DNA from: Bdellovibrio sp. | GTDB taxonomy: Bacteria > Bdellovibrionota > Bdellovibrionia > Bdellovibrionales > Bdellovibrionaceae | Length of the DNA stretch: 64,000 nucleotides | Assembly (NCBI GenBank): GCA_036676395.1 | Contig: JAKFCY010000002.1 | Location: 2,240,001 to 2,304,000, forward strand | Reading direction: 5' to 3' | Notes under the pieces: generated by a model | Databases searched by the model: none | The model's input: the letters and a program-made list of their open reading frames with translations, nothing else | Told to the model about the DNA's origin: nothing | Part shown: positions 1 through 8,591 of the stretch, piece by piece | Layout: the number at the start of each line of letters is the position of its first letter | Position numbering within the stretch: position 1 is the stretch's first letter | Made by a program: the position numbers and the translations under genes

Positions 1-2
1 TC

Positions 3-866
3 AGCTTTAAAAATCCAATTATCTTAGCCGCAGGTTTAGGTTTTTTCACGCTGCACACACTTTCTTTAGCCCTTCGCTGGAATCTTTTAGTTAATTTGGA
101 AATCGAATATCCCTATAAAACGGCCGCTAAACAAACGCTGATCGGAAACTTTTTTAATTTCTTTATTCCAAGTGGTGTTGGGGGCGATATCTTTAAAGCG
201 TTAGCTATTTCTGAATCGCATAAAGTTCCAAAAAGAATGAGCTTTTCTTTGGTCACGATCGATCGTGTCCTGGGATTGTTTTGTTTAATATTTTTTTCGT
301 CTTCATTTTTATTTGTCGAATACTTTTTTGGCATGTCAGAGCCCCTCGTCAAACTTTTAAAAATCAGCTTAATCTTATTGGTGGTAGCTTGCTTAGGATT
401 AATGTTTTTGTATCACTCGCATAAAATTATTCCGCGCTTTAAAAATAAATTTAAATTCTTTTTATTTCAGAAGTTATTTTCATTCGCAGAACAAGTGCAA
501 GTTAACATCTCTAAAGCCATGCAAAGCCCGTTCATGTTAAAATTTATTGGGGTAAGTTTTCTTATCCAATGTATGTCGATTGGCTTCTTATATGTGGTCA
601 CAATAAACTTAACCCAAGAACCAATTTCAGTTTTTGTCTTCTTACCGCTGGCTTGTTTTGCTTTTATGGCATCAGCAATACCACTTACTCCAGCAGGTAT
701 TGGTGTTGGCCAAGCTGCGTTTTATTTTATTTTTTCTTTAATAAATATTCCAACGGCTACGGCGATCACAACAGGTGTAAGTCTAATGCAATTTTTTACT
801 CTGTTAGTTAGTCTTCCAGGGGGATATTTTTTCGCAACATCACGCAAAGGCACACAAGAAAGGTGA
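3..866 (+). CDS. Lysylphosphatidylglycerol synthase TM/UPF0104 family membrane protein, 5'-truncated by window edge
   Basis: Frame open from base 3; motifs FFNFFIPSGVGGD, DRVLGL, PLTPAGIGV; multiple hydrophobic helices. Confidence 0.8.
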   Translation, partial: SFKNPIILAAGLGFFTLHTLSLALRWNLLVNLEIEYPYKTAAKQTLIGNFFNFFIPSGVGGDIFKALAISESHKVPKRMSFSLVTIDRVLGLFCLIFFSSSFLFVEYFFGMSEPLVKLLKISLILLVVACLGLMFLYHSHKIIPRFKNKFKFFLFQKLFSFAEQVQVNISKAMQSPFMLKFIGVSFLIQCMSIGFLYVVTINLTQEPISVFVFLPLACFAFMASAIPLTPAGIGVGQAAFYFIFSLINIPTATAITTGVSLMQFFTLLVSLPGGYFFATSRKGTQER

Positions 867-870
867 CTTT

Positions 871-1398
871 ATGACAATACTGATTAAGCAGCTTCTGAAT
901 CTGATTAAGATGTTACATTCAGAAAATGGGACCACACAAATCGCCTGGGGTTTAACCTTAGGGGCCTTTCTGGGTTTTTCTCCGTTTTTCTCGCTGCAAA
1001 CTTTTTTAATTTTATTTATTCTTTTCTTTTTTCGCGTGCAATTTGGCGCAGCGTTTTTATCAGCTTTCGTTTTTAAATTCGTGGCTTTCTTAATCGATCC
1101 ATTAGCCAACTCTTTAGGTCAATGGGCCCTCGAAGAACCCTCACTTCGCCCGATCTGGACAAAGCTTTATAATATCCCAATCATCCCGTACACGCGCTTT
1201 AACAACTCGATCGTGATGGGAAGTTTTCTAGCTGCTTTGGTTTTAAGCCCATTTCTGTATTTCATGTTCATCTACTTGGTGAAAAAATATCGCACGACTA
1301 TTGCTGTACGTTTTGAAAACAGCAAATCATTCAAAGCCATCAAAGGTAGTAAGTTCTATCTTTGGTACACTAAATATAACGATCTTTACGGCAACTAA
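871..1398 (+). CDS. TIGR03546 family membrane protein
   Basis: QIAWGLTLG, RFNNSIVMGS motifs; adjacent to TIGR03545-like gene. Confidence 0.8.
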   Translation: MTILIKQLLNLIKMLHSENGTTQIAWGLTLGAFLGFSPFFSLQTFLILFILFFFRVQFGAAFLSAFVFKFVAFLIDPLANSLGQWALEEPSLRPIWTKLYNIPIIPYTRFNNSIVMGSFLAALVLSPFLYFMFIYLVKKYRTTIAVRFENSKSFKAIKGSKFYLWYTKYNDLYGN

Positions 1399-1415
1399 TT
1401 TTAGAAGGATCAAAA

Positions 1416-3455
1416 ATGACTGACACAAATCAACCTCAAAATGACTCTAAAAATAATGCTAAAAAAGAAAAAGTTTATAAAGACGGTGGTCTAATCCGCT
1501 GGAGTGCTGTGATCCCCTTCGTCATTGTGATGGCGTTAGGCGCAGCCTACTTTAAATTATTTTTCGATGCGCACATGAAAGCTGGTCTTGAATGGGCTGG
1601 ATACAAAGCTTTAGGCAGCGAAGTAAATATTGGTATTTTTGAAACTTCATTTATCAAAGGCAATGTGGCCATCACAGGTTTACAAATCACCAGTGCTGAG
1701 CAACCTGATTTTAATAGCATTGAACTTGGCTCAATCCGCTTTGATGTGAATTGGGATGCCCTACTTCGTTTAAAATTCGTCGTTGAAGAAATGGCCGTTG
1801 AAAACGTGCAATTCATGTCAAAAAGAAAGTACCGCGGTAAAGTTGCTCCCCCACCACCACCATCTGAAGAAAAACCAGGTTTAGCTTCAGAAGTAAAAGA
1901 TAAAGCTATTGGTAAAATCGACGAAAAAGGCAAAGGCAATCTTTTAGGAGACCTTTCAGCGTTTTTACAAACTGGCGATTACAAAGCGCAATTAGCAGAT
2001 ATCGAATCAACGTTAATATCAAAAAAAATGGCGAATGATCTAAAGGCTAAATGGGCGACTAAGCAAACCGATTGGGATGCAAAATTAAAAGCACTTCCAA
2101 AAGAATCAGATTTCAAAGCTTACAAAACTAAATTTGATGCCATCAAAGTTAAAGATTTTAAAACTCCGCAAGAACTAGATGCTTCGGTTAAACAGTTCAA
2201 TGCTTTAAAATCAGAAGTTGATGCTTCATTGAAATTAGTGAACGACACAAAAAACGAATTTAACGCTGATCTGGTAAATATCAAAAAAGATTACCAAGCT
2301 TTAGATGATCAAATCAAAGCTGACGTAGCCTCGATCAAAGATCGTTTAAAAATTCCAAAAATCGATTCAAAACAAATCGCAAAATCAATTTTCATGGATT
2401 ACTTAAATCCGTACTTACGCAAACTTGATAAAGTGAATGAACTAGCTGAAAAGTACTTACCACCAAAATATTCAAAAATGGTGAATGAAAAATTAGATTC
2501 TAAAGCTATTCTAGCGGGCGGCAAAAAGAAAGCTCCAGTTGAAAAAGCAGAAGATGACACCATTCAACCGCACCCTCGCGCAGATGGTGTGACCTATGAA
2601 TTTCCGGTAACAAATGGTTACCCGTTATTCTGGATTCAAAACGTTAAAGTAAGTTCTAAATCAAATGCCCAAGCTGATTTCGGTGATATTTCTGGCGTCA
2701 TTCAAAATATCGTGTCGAATCAGCGTCAAATCGGCAAACAAACCGAAATGCACATCGCCGGTGATTTTAAATCAAAAAATATTCACGGTTTAAAAGTCGA
2801 TGCGTATTTAAATAATTTAAAAGAAGAACCAGCTGCCGGAATGGATTTCGCAGTCGCCAGCTACCCACTACAAGCGATTGAACTGATGAAAAATAACGAC
2901 GGTCAAATTGCGATGAAAGATTCATCAATCAACATCGCAGCCCATGCCGCGACGGTGGGTTTTAAAACCTACAACATCGGCTTAACGAATGTCTTCAACA
3001 ACGTGCAATTCAACTTAGCGGCAAAAGAAAAAGTCGTCGAAGAGATTCTAAAGAATGCATTTAGCCAGCTAACAACATTTGATCTTAAAGCCGATGTAAA
3101 AGGCGAATTATCAAACTTAGATATCGATGTATCGTCATCATTAGGTGATAAGCTACAAGACGCTCTAAGTGCCAGCATCAAGCAAAAAGTTGACGAGTTA
3201 AATAAAGAGATCAAACTTAAAATCGACAACGAAATCGGCAAAGTTAAAGGCGAAATCGAAAAACAAATCAGCACGCTTACAAAAGGTTACGTCGGTAATG
3301 CCAACGACACTCAAGCAAAGCTGGATGCACAAAAAAATATTGCTGACGAAAAAATTGCCCAAGCCAAAAAAGATCTGGAAAATAAAGCCAAAAGCCAAGT
3401 TCAGGATCAAGGCAAAAAAGCTTTAGACGCTTTAAAAAAGAAGTTAAAGTTCTAA
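1416..3455 (+). CDS. TIGR03545 family protein (N-terminal anchor, AsmA-like/coiled-coil)
   Basis: IRW..IP N-terminus, long coiled coil, G..YEFP...YP.FWI motif; paired with TIGR03546. Confidence 0.75.
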   Translation: MTDTNQPQNDSKNNAKKEKVYKDGGLIRWSAVIPFVIVMALGAAYFKLFFDAHMKAGLEWAGYKALGSEVNIGIFETSFIKGNVAITGLQITSAEQPDFNSIELGSIRFDVNWDALLRLKFVVEEMAVENVQFMSKRKYRGKVAPPPPPSEEKPGLASEVKDKAIGKIDEKGKGNLLGDLSAFLQTGDYKAQLADIESTLISKKMANDLKAKWATKQTDWDAKLKALPKESDFKAYKTKFDAIKVKDFKTPQELDASVKQFNALKSEVDASLKLVNDTKNEFNADLVNIKKDYQALDDQIKADVASIKDRLKIPKIDSKQIAKSIFMDYLNPYLRKLDKVNELAEKYLPPKYSKMVNEKLDSKAILAGGKKKAPVEKAEDDTIQPHPRADGVTYEFPVTNGYPLFWIQNVKVSSKSNAQADFGDISGVIQNIVSNQRQIGKQTEMHIAGDFKSKNIHGLKVDAYLNNLKEEPAAGMDFAVASYPLQAIELMKNNDGQIAMKDSSINIAAHAATVGFKTYNIGLTNVFNNVQFNLAAKEKVVEEILKNAFSQLTTFDLKADVKGELSNLDIDVSSSLGDKLQDALSASIKQKVDELNKEIKLKIDNEIGKVKGEIEKQISTLTKGYVGNANDTQAKLDAQKNIADEKIAQAKKDLENKAKSQVQDQGKKALDALKKKLKF

Positions 3456-3501
3456 CTAACCTAAGCTTTTTTCGCTATTTCAGTTCCAATTTGGGTGTAT
3501 G

Positions 3502-3526
3502 TTTACGGTACTTTACACAAATTTAC
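3502..3526. promoter_or_regulatory. Triple TTTAC direct repeat at 10-bp period (OmpR/CpxR-type site candidate)
   Basis: TTTAC at 3502, 3512, 3522; flanked by 10-bp inverted repeat 3490-3499/3524-3533. Confidence 0.35.
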
Positions 3527-3595
3527 ACCCAAACAAAATCCTGACATTCAATTCCGCTCTCCTGTGTTAGAACTAGAAAAAAACAGGAGATCTCA

Positions 3596-3949
3596 ATGAA
3601 AACTATTTTATTAACATTCGCTCTTTTAATCAGTACTTCTGCTCACGCAGTCATCGCAAATTCAGAGTACGATTCTCGCCATCAAACAATGCTTGAACAA
3701 GCCAGCTTAAAAGCTTGTGGCGTTGAAGGTGGCAAACTGGTTCAGGCATCAAGTTCTGTAGTTAAACACGTCGTTGACCAAGGCATCATCGATTTATATT
3801 ACACAACTGAATTAGAACTAACGGTGAAAACCGAAATTAACGTTTACCACTTTTACCAAGTATCGGTAAAATCATTGTTTGCTTCTGCTTACGACCACAC
3901 AGCTCAAGACTGGGGTATCTACTCAGTTGAATCTATTATTTGTAAATAA
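3596..3949 (+). CDS. Small secreted hypothetical protein
   Basis: SD AGGAG; Sec signal peptide ending AHA; two Cys. Confidence 0.75.
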   Translation: MKTILLTFALLISTSAHAVIANSEYDSRHQTMLEQASLKACGVEGGKLVQASSSVVKHVVDQGIIDLYYTTELELTVKTEINVYHFYQVSVKSLFASAYDHTAQDWGIYSVESIICK

Positions 3950-3986
3950 TAGATTCTCGTCAAAATTCTAAACGACCACACATTAC

Positions 3987-5816
3987 CTAGGCCATAGCGC
4001 TAGGTAATTGTGTTGATCTGTTCTTTTTAAAACGCGGTTGATTCATTGTATGATATTTTCTGCGTGTGTGCTCTGCTCTTCGTTCTGCGCTGAACGATGT
4101 TACCCGTTTTAAATAACCAATTACGCGGGTTGCATGATCTATGTTTTCTGAGCCACATTTTGCACAACTATGCTTAGTTTTTTTATCAATATGATTGCAT
4201 TCGTTGCAGATAGTGATCTTCACGTTTGTACAAAAATAATTGCAGCCTGTGACTGTAGCCAATTCTATGATTTTTTCATATTGAGCTGGTGTCAGGTGTT
4301 CTTCTAAATTTAAATGCAAAGCAGAGCCGCCGTCTAGATACTGAGTCATCTCTGAGCCGTGCATCGAGAATTTTTCAAGCGGATTCGTCATTTCATCTTC
4401 GACAATGTAAAAGTAAGAATTATAACAATCGCGTGGAACGAAATAGCCATCCTTTCTGTCCCATTCGGCATTTTTAACACCTAAGTTTTCGGCCGGTACA
4501 AATTCGGTATTAAATTTGTAACCAGTTTGGGCCGAACGTTCACGGTTAAGATCGTAAATAACTTTAAGATTTTCTGAGACGAATTTTTTATATTCGGCGT
4601 TGTCACTGACTTCATAACCAAGGTATTCAGCCGCTTCAACCATTCCGTTGATTCCAATCGTTAAATACTGTTTATTCATAGAAATAAAACCCGCATCATA
4701 TGTAGTTAGCATTTTCGCATCCATAAAATCTTCCATTACTTTACGATAAGCTATTTGATAGTTTTGAATTTTTGACACCTCTAAACCAAGATCACGCTTA
4801 TCTTGAATAAGGCGATTCATATTTAGAGTAATCACATTAATGCTGCCTGTGGCTACCCCACCGGCTCCAAGCGTGTAAGAAAATTCTTTTGTGTTCACTT
4901 CGTTTCTAAGTCTGCAGCAGCTGGCTAAACTATCTGCACTTTCAGATAAATACATAAAAAAAGAATTTCCCTGTGATAACTCGTGCGCAGACATTTTTAC
5001 ATAGTCACTATCTTTTGGTTTTTTGCCATCAGTTAACATAGCTACGGTAACTACAGGAAATGTAAGTACCGCTTTTTTACGCTCTAAATTAAACCACTGC
5101 ATAAAATATTTTTGTAAAGTATCTACTGTCTTCCATTTTGGTTTTTCGCCATTTGGGAATACAAAGTTTTCAAACAAGGCATCAAAGTAAAATCGGTCAT
5201 ACACAGAAATATTCCAGAAAACAGATTGATAACCGCGCGCAGCCGCTGGTTGATTAATTGAATATACCACCTGCTGCAGGTATGAACTGACTTCTGTTGT
5301 GTGTGTTGTTAAATAGTCATCGCCATATTCTTTGCGTGCGAAATAATCAAAATATGTTAAAAATTCAACTGTAGCGACAGCTCCTGCGAACTGAGAGCTT
5401 ACTGCAAATACAAAATTAACGAATGTTCCGCAAAACGAGGCTAAATGTTTAGGAGCTTTTGATTCGCCCCCCATTTTAATTAAACCGTCGATTAGCATAG
5501 GATACATACTGACAGATACACAATAAGGCTTAAGTGACGTCTCATCGTGCACGTAAATTTCATGTGATTCAATTTGTCGAATGTATTCGCGGGCTAATTC
5601 AGGTGAAAATAATTTTTCTATTTTGCGTGAGATGATAGCGCGATTAATTTGAATGTTTATATCTTTATTTACCTCAGCTTCAAGTGTTGCGATGTTTTTC
5701 ATTGTGACATTCGCATTGGCATCAAGTTTTGAGCCATCGGCGGCATTAATTGCGCTCAAGTAGCTGTCAATGTAGTTAATTTTTTTTTCGATTTGAGTGT
5801 TGTCTAGACGAATCAT
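3987..5816 (-). CDS. nrdD: Anaerobic (class III) ribonucleoside-triphosphate reductase, no ATP cone
   Basis: SCCRL active site, CxxC...CxxC Zn site, RVIGYL glycyl-radical loop. Confidence 0.95.
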   Translation of the reverse strand: MIRLDNTQIEKKINYIDSYLSAINAADGSKLDANANVTMKNIATLEAEVNKDINIQINRAIISRKIEKLFSPELAREYIRQIESHEIYVHDETSLKPYCVSVSMYPMLIDGLIKMGGESKAPKHLASFCGTFVNFVFAVSSQFAGAVATVEFLTYFDYFARKEYGDDYLTTHTTEVSSYLQQVVYSINQPAAARGYQSVFWNISVYDRFYFDALFENFVFPNGEKPKWKTVDTLQKYFMQWFNLERKKAVLTFPVVTVAMLTDGKKPKDSDYVKMSAHELSQGNSFFMYLSESADSLASCCRLRNEVNTKEFSYTLGAGGVATGSINVITLNMNRLIQDKRDLGLEVSKIQNYQIAYRKVMEDFMDAKMLTTYDAGFISMNKQYLTIGINGMVEAAEYLGYEVSDNAEYKKFVSENLKVIYDLNRERSAQTGYKFNTEFVPAENLGVKNAEWDRKDGYFVPRDCYNSYFYIVEDEMTNPLEKFSMHGSEMTQYLDGGSALHLNLEEHLTPAQYEKIIELATVTGCNYFCTNVKITICNECNHIDKKTKHSCAKCGSENIDHATRVIGYLKRVTSFSAERRAEHTRRKYHTMNQPRFKKNRSTQLPSAMA

Positions 5817-5817
5817 A

Positions 5818-6276
5818 TTATACCCCTTCCGTAAAGTAATGATTCAGGTTTTCACCTGTACGTAAATTGATTAGTTTTTGATTTGTTGTCGGCGAACTGA
5901 GTCCGCCTTTTTCCGCGATATAGGGGCCGTATTTGACATAATCAAGCATATCAAGAAGTGGCTTTGGAATGTCTTCTAATGAATGGCCAGAATAAAGCGC
6001 TGTTTTAAGTTCGTGTTGTTTGCTGGTAATAATTAATTGTTGTAATTCGTGAGCTTGCCATTCGCCTCCTAAGAAAAGCACGCAGCTAATATATTTTTTA
6101 TGTTTTGTGATGAGTTCTGTTAAAGTCTGCTGGTTAAGGTCTGCACCAAGGTCTGGGCGCCATAAATCACTTGAATGACAACCGGGACAACGCAAGGGGC
6201 AGCCGACGACATGTATCCCGAGAGAAACTTCAGTTGGTATTTCTTGAAATGTAACCTGTAGACCACTATATCTCAT
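5818..6276 (-). CDS. nrdG: Class III RNR activating radical-SAM protein
   Basis: CPLRCPGCHS motif, LGGEW, K.GPY...GGL...TTNQ; immediately upstream of nrdD. Confidence 0.93.
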   Translation of the reverse strand: MRYSGLQVTFQEIPTEVSLGIHVVGCPLRCPGCHSSDLWRPDLGADLNQQTLTELITKHKKYISCVLFLGGEWQAHELQQLIITSKQHELKTALYSGHSLEDIPKPLLDMLDYVKYGPYIAEKGGLSSPTTNQKLINLRTGENLNHYFTEGV

Positions 6277-6278
6277 GT
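6263..6278. promoter_or_regulatory. NrdR box (proximal, overlaps nrdG start codon)
   Basis: CCACTATATCTCATGT resembles NrdR consensus acaCwAtATaTwGtgt; 32 bp from second box. Confidence 0.6.
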
Positions 6279-6294
6279 CTTGATTACATTTGAG

Positions 6295-6310
6295 ATACTA
6301 TATCTAGTCA
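6295..6310. promoter_or_regulatory. NrdR box (distal, overlaps predicted +1)
   Basis: ATACTATATCTAGTCA matches NrdR consensus core; upstream of nrdGD. Confidence 0.7.
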
Positions 6311-6337
6311 AAGTAATGAAATATGAAATTTTTTTAT

Positions 6338-6351
6338 ATGATGGTTATCAT
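6338..6351. promoter_or_regulatory. Crp/Fnr-family box for nrdGD
   Basis: ATGATGGTTATCAT; minus-strand -10 TACTTT (6315-6310) at class II spacing. Confidence 0.8.
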
Positions 6352-6352
6352 A

Positions 6353-7387
6353 TTACTTATTCTGCAAAACATGGCCTTTAGTCGTAAAAATAATGTGCGT
6401 GGCAATAATCAAAAGAGCCAAACCAATAACGGCGATAATAAATTGCAACGGTCTAAAATATTGCCATGAATAATCAAGAAAAGTAATCGCAATACACATA
6501 GCTATTCCTAAATTAGCAAATAAAAAACTGTATCTGTATTTTAAATACAATTCAAAATAGTAGATGGGAAAAATCGTTAAGAAACAAAAATGCAAAGAAG
6601 CAATTTGCAAATTATATCCTAATTGGCGTGGCCATATCCCACTGAAAATGATACCTGCCCCCAGAAGTGTAAAGTAAAAATTAACATTACGTAAAAATGA
6701 AAAATTAATTTTTATAAATGTTAGGCTATACACCAGTATAATACTACCCAAGATGATTAAGCCGATATTCACTGGTAAAAAATGAAGAATTTGAATTTCA
6801 AATAAATAATTTAAAACCACAGAAGCAGACCATAGTAGGATTGGAAATTTTTTATATAAATCAAACAGAATTGTCGGCAGAACAATAAATAATATTATAT
6901 TAGAAATAAAACCATGCACAAAATTAATTTTGGGTGTTGCTGGAAGAAGTTTCTGGCCGACAATAACAAAGACTAACGAAGCCAGTGCTAGAACAGAACT
7001 TAGTTGCATATATTTCTGAAACGCAGGAGCTAGTTTTTTTAACTTAAAACTTTGATATATCCAGGTCGCAAATACAACAGCAGACAAGACATGTGATAAC
7101 CAGTTATAACCAAATACTAAAAACGATACAAATGCCATGAATGTGGCGACAAAATACACAAGAAGAACAGTCGGCTGTCGCTTTTCTTCGAAACTTATTT
7201 GATTGATAACCCAAGTCAGCGGAATCAAAAAACCATAAAAGCCTAAATGACTATGGGCTTGTCGTAAATCGAAATGTTCTAAAATGGATAGACTAAAGCC
7301 TGCGAATTGTAACCGCATTAAAATGCCTATAGTCATAACTAGCAAAAGCGAAGTAAGTGAAAATAATGTGACCTGGCGATCAGTCAC
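6353..7387 (-). CDS. Polytopic membrane protein, NnrS/heme-copper-oxidase-like His pattern
   Basis: About 11-12 hydrophobic segments; AHSHLGFYG, FVHGF, SLHF; GTG start at 7387 overlaps the Crp gene stop. Confidence 0.6.
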   Translation of the reverse strand: MTDRQVTLFSLTSLLLVMTIGILMRLQFAGFSLSILEHFDLRQAHSHLGFYGFLIPLTWVINQISFEEKRQPTVLLVYFVATFMAFVSFLVFGYNWLSHVLSAVVFATWIYQSFKLKKLAPAFQKYMQLSSVLALASLVFVIVGQKLLPATPKINFVHGFISNIILFIVLPTILFDLYKKFPILLWSASVVLNYLFEIQILHFLPVNIGLIILGSIILVYSLTFIKINFSFLRNVNFYFTLLGAGIIFSGIWPRQLGYNLQIASLHFCFLTIFPIYYFELYLKYRYSFLFANLGIAMCIAITFLDYSWQYFRPLQFIIAVIGLALLIIATHIIFTTKGHVLQNK

Positions 7388-8081
7388 ATTGCTCCATTTG
7401 ATGAATAAGCCATTCAGGCTGAAGAATTTTAATGTGATGATCTGTTGTGCTGATGTAACCGTGCTTGGCCCAGTCACTCATTACGCGAATGACTGATTCA
7501 ACAGTGACTCCCAGTGAATCTGCAATTTCTTTACGAGTAAGCGGAAGTGGAACTTCAAGTTGTCCTTCTGTTTTGGTATCATCAGCGGCTAGCTGCAATA
7601 ACAATGAGGCGACCTTTGAAGCCATTGGAGCTCGTTGCATGACTTTATGATTTTGTAATCTCGCCATGCGAGTTGAAAAAAGGCTCTGAATTTTAATAAT
7701 TAACATTGGATTTTTAATCCAGTAATTAAGATAGGTATCCTGGGGAATAACTAACATTCGCGCTGGCCCCATGGATTTTACTGTCACTGGATAGGGAGTA
7801 TTTTTTTTGGTCATCACTAAAGCCGCAACGACATCGCCAGGTGATGAGAAGTGAATGACAGATTCTTCGCCGACAGGTGAAATACGAGTCAGTTTATAGG
7901 CTCCTGACAATACTACTCCAAAATGTGTTGCAGGTTCGCCAAGGGTAAAAACGATTTGTTTGTGTGCGTGAACTTTAATATTGGCATTTTCACATAATTG
8001 CTGAACCGTAGATTCGTCAAAGTCTTTAAATAACTCAAATTTTTTGATTTCAACCAAGGCCGATTTTAATGCGCTATTCAT
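7380..8081 (-). CDS. Crp/Fnr family transcriptional regulator (DNR-like, no FNR Cys cluster)
   Basis: cNMP-binding-like domain plus HTH LTRKEIADSLGVTVESVIRVMS. Confidence 0.92.
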   Translation of the reverse strand: MNSALKSALVEIKKFELFKDFDESTVQQLCENANIKVHAHKQIVFTLGEPATHFGVVLSGAYKLTRISPVGEESVIHFSSPGDVVAALVMTKKNTPYPVTVKSMGPARMLVIPQDTYLNYWIKNPMLIIKIQSLFSTRMARLQNHKVMQRAPMASKVASLLLQLAADDTKTEGQLEVPLPLTRKEIADSLGVTVESVIRVMSDWAKHGYISTTDHHIKILQPEWLIHQMEQCD

Positions 8082-8098
8082 AAGACTCCTAGGACGAA

Positions 8099-8127
8099 AG
8101 TATACATTAAGTCGTCTGAATGGGCAA
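8099..8127 (-). promoter_or_regulatory. Sigma70-type promoter of Crp/Fnr gene 1
   Basis: TTGCCC-17 bp-TATACT on minus strand, followed by SD AGGAG. Confidence 0.55.
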
Positions 8128-8149
8128 TTTTGAAAAAAAACGCCAATCT

Positions 8150-8163
8150 ATGATTTAAATCAT
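8150..8163. promoter_or_regulatory. Crp/Fnr-family box for HiPIP gene
   Basis: Perfect palindrome ATGATTTAAATCAT; -10 TAGTAT at 8186-8191. Confidence 0.85.
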
Positions 8164-8223
8164 CGAAATCGGTCTTCTAATTGAATAGTATATGATAAAA
8201 CCCAAAAACCAAGAGGTGATTGT

Positions 8224-8562
8224 ATGAACAGAAGACAGTTTATTTTAAATAGCGGAGTGTTAGCGAGCGGAATGCTTTTTTTATTGAGTGGAAAAGCCCT
8301 TGCCGAAGGTGGTCGTCGCGGAAAAGGAAATGCCGGCGGAGATCCTGAATTAGTAAGTCCAAAAGATAGTGTTGCTAAGGCAGTAGGCTACATTGAAGAC
8401 TTCAAAAAATCAGGAAAGCAAGCTGCAAATAAATGTTCAAATTGCACCCTATACGTTAAAGGCAAAGACCAAAATGGTAAAGAAGTTGGCGCGTGCGCTC
8501 TTTTTCCAAAAAAATTGGTCTTAGGAGATGCCTACTGTAATTCTTGGGCGAAAAAAGCTTAG
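8224..8562 (+). CDS. High-potential iron-sulfur protein (HiPIP), Tat-exported
   Basis: MNRRQF Tat signal; CSNC..Y...GACALF...V...YCNSW Cys pattern. Confidence 0.88.
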   Translation: MNRRQFILNSGVLASGMLFLLSGKALAEGGRRGKGNAGGDPELVSPKDSVAKAVGYIEDFKKSGKQAANKCSNCTLYVKGKDQNGKEVGACALFPKKLVLGDAYCNSWAKKA

Positions 8563-8591
8563 CCGGGATTTAATGTCGAAAGACCCACGAA

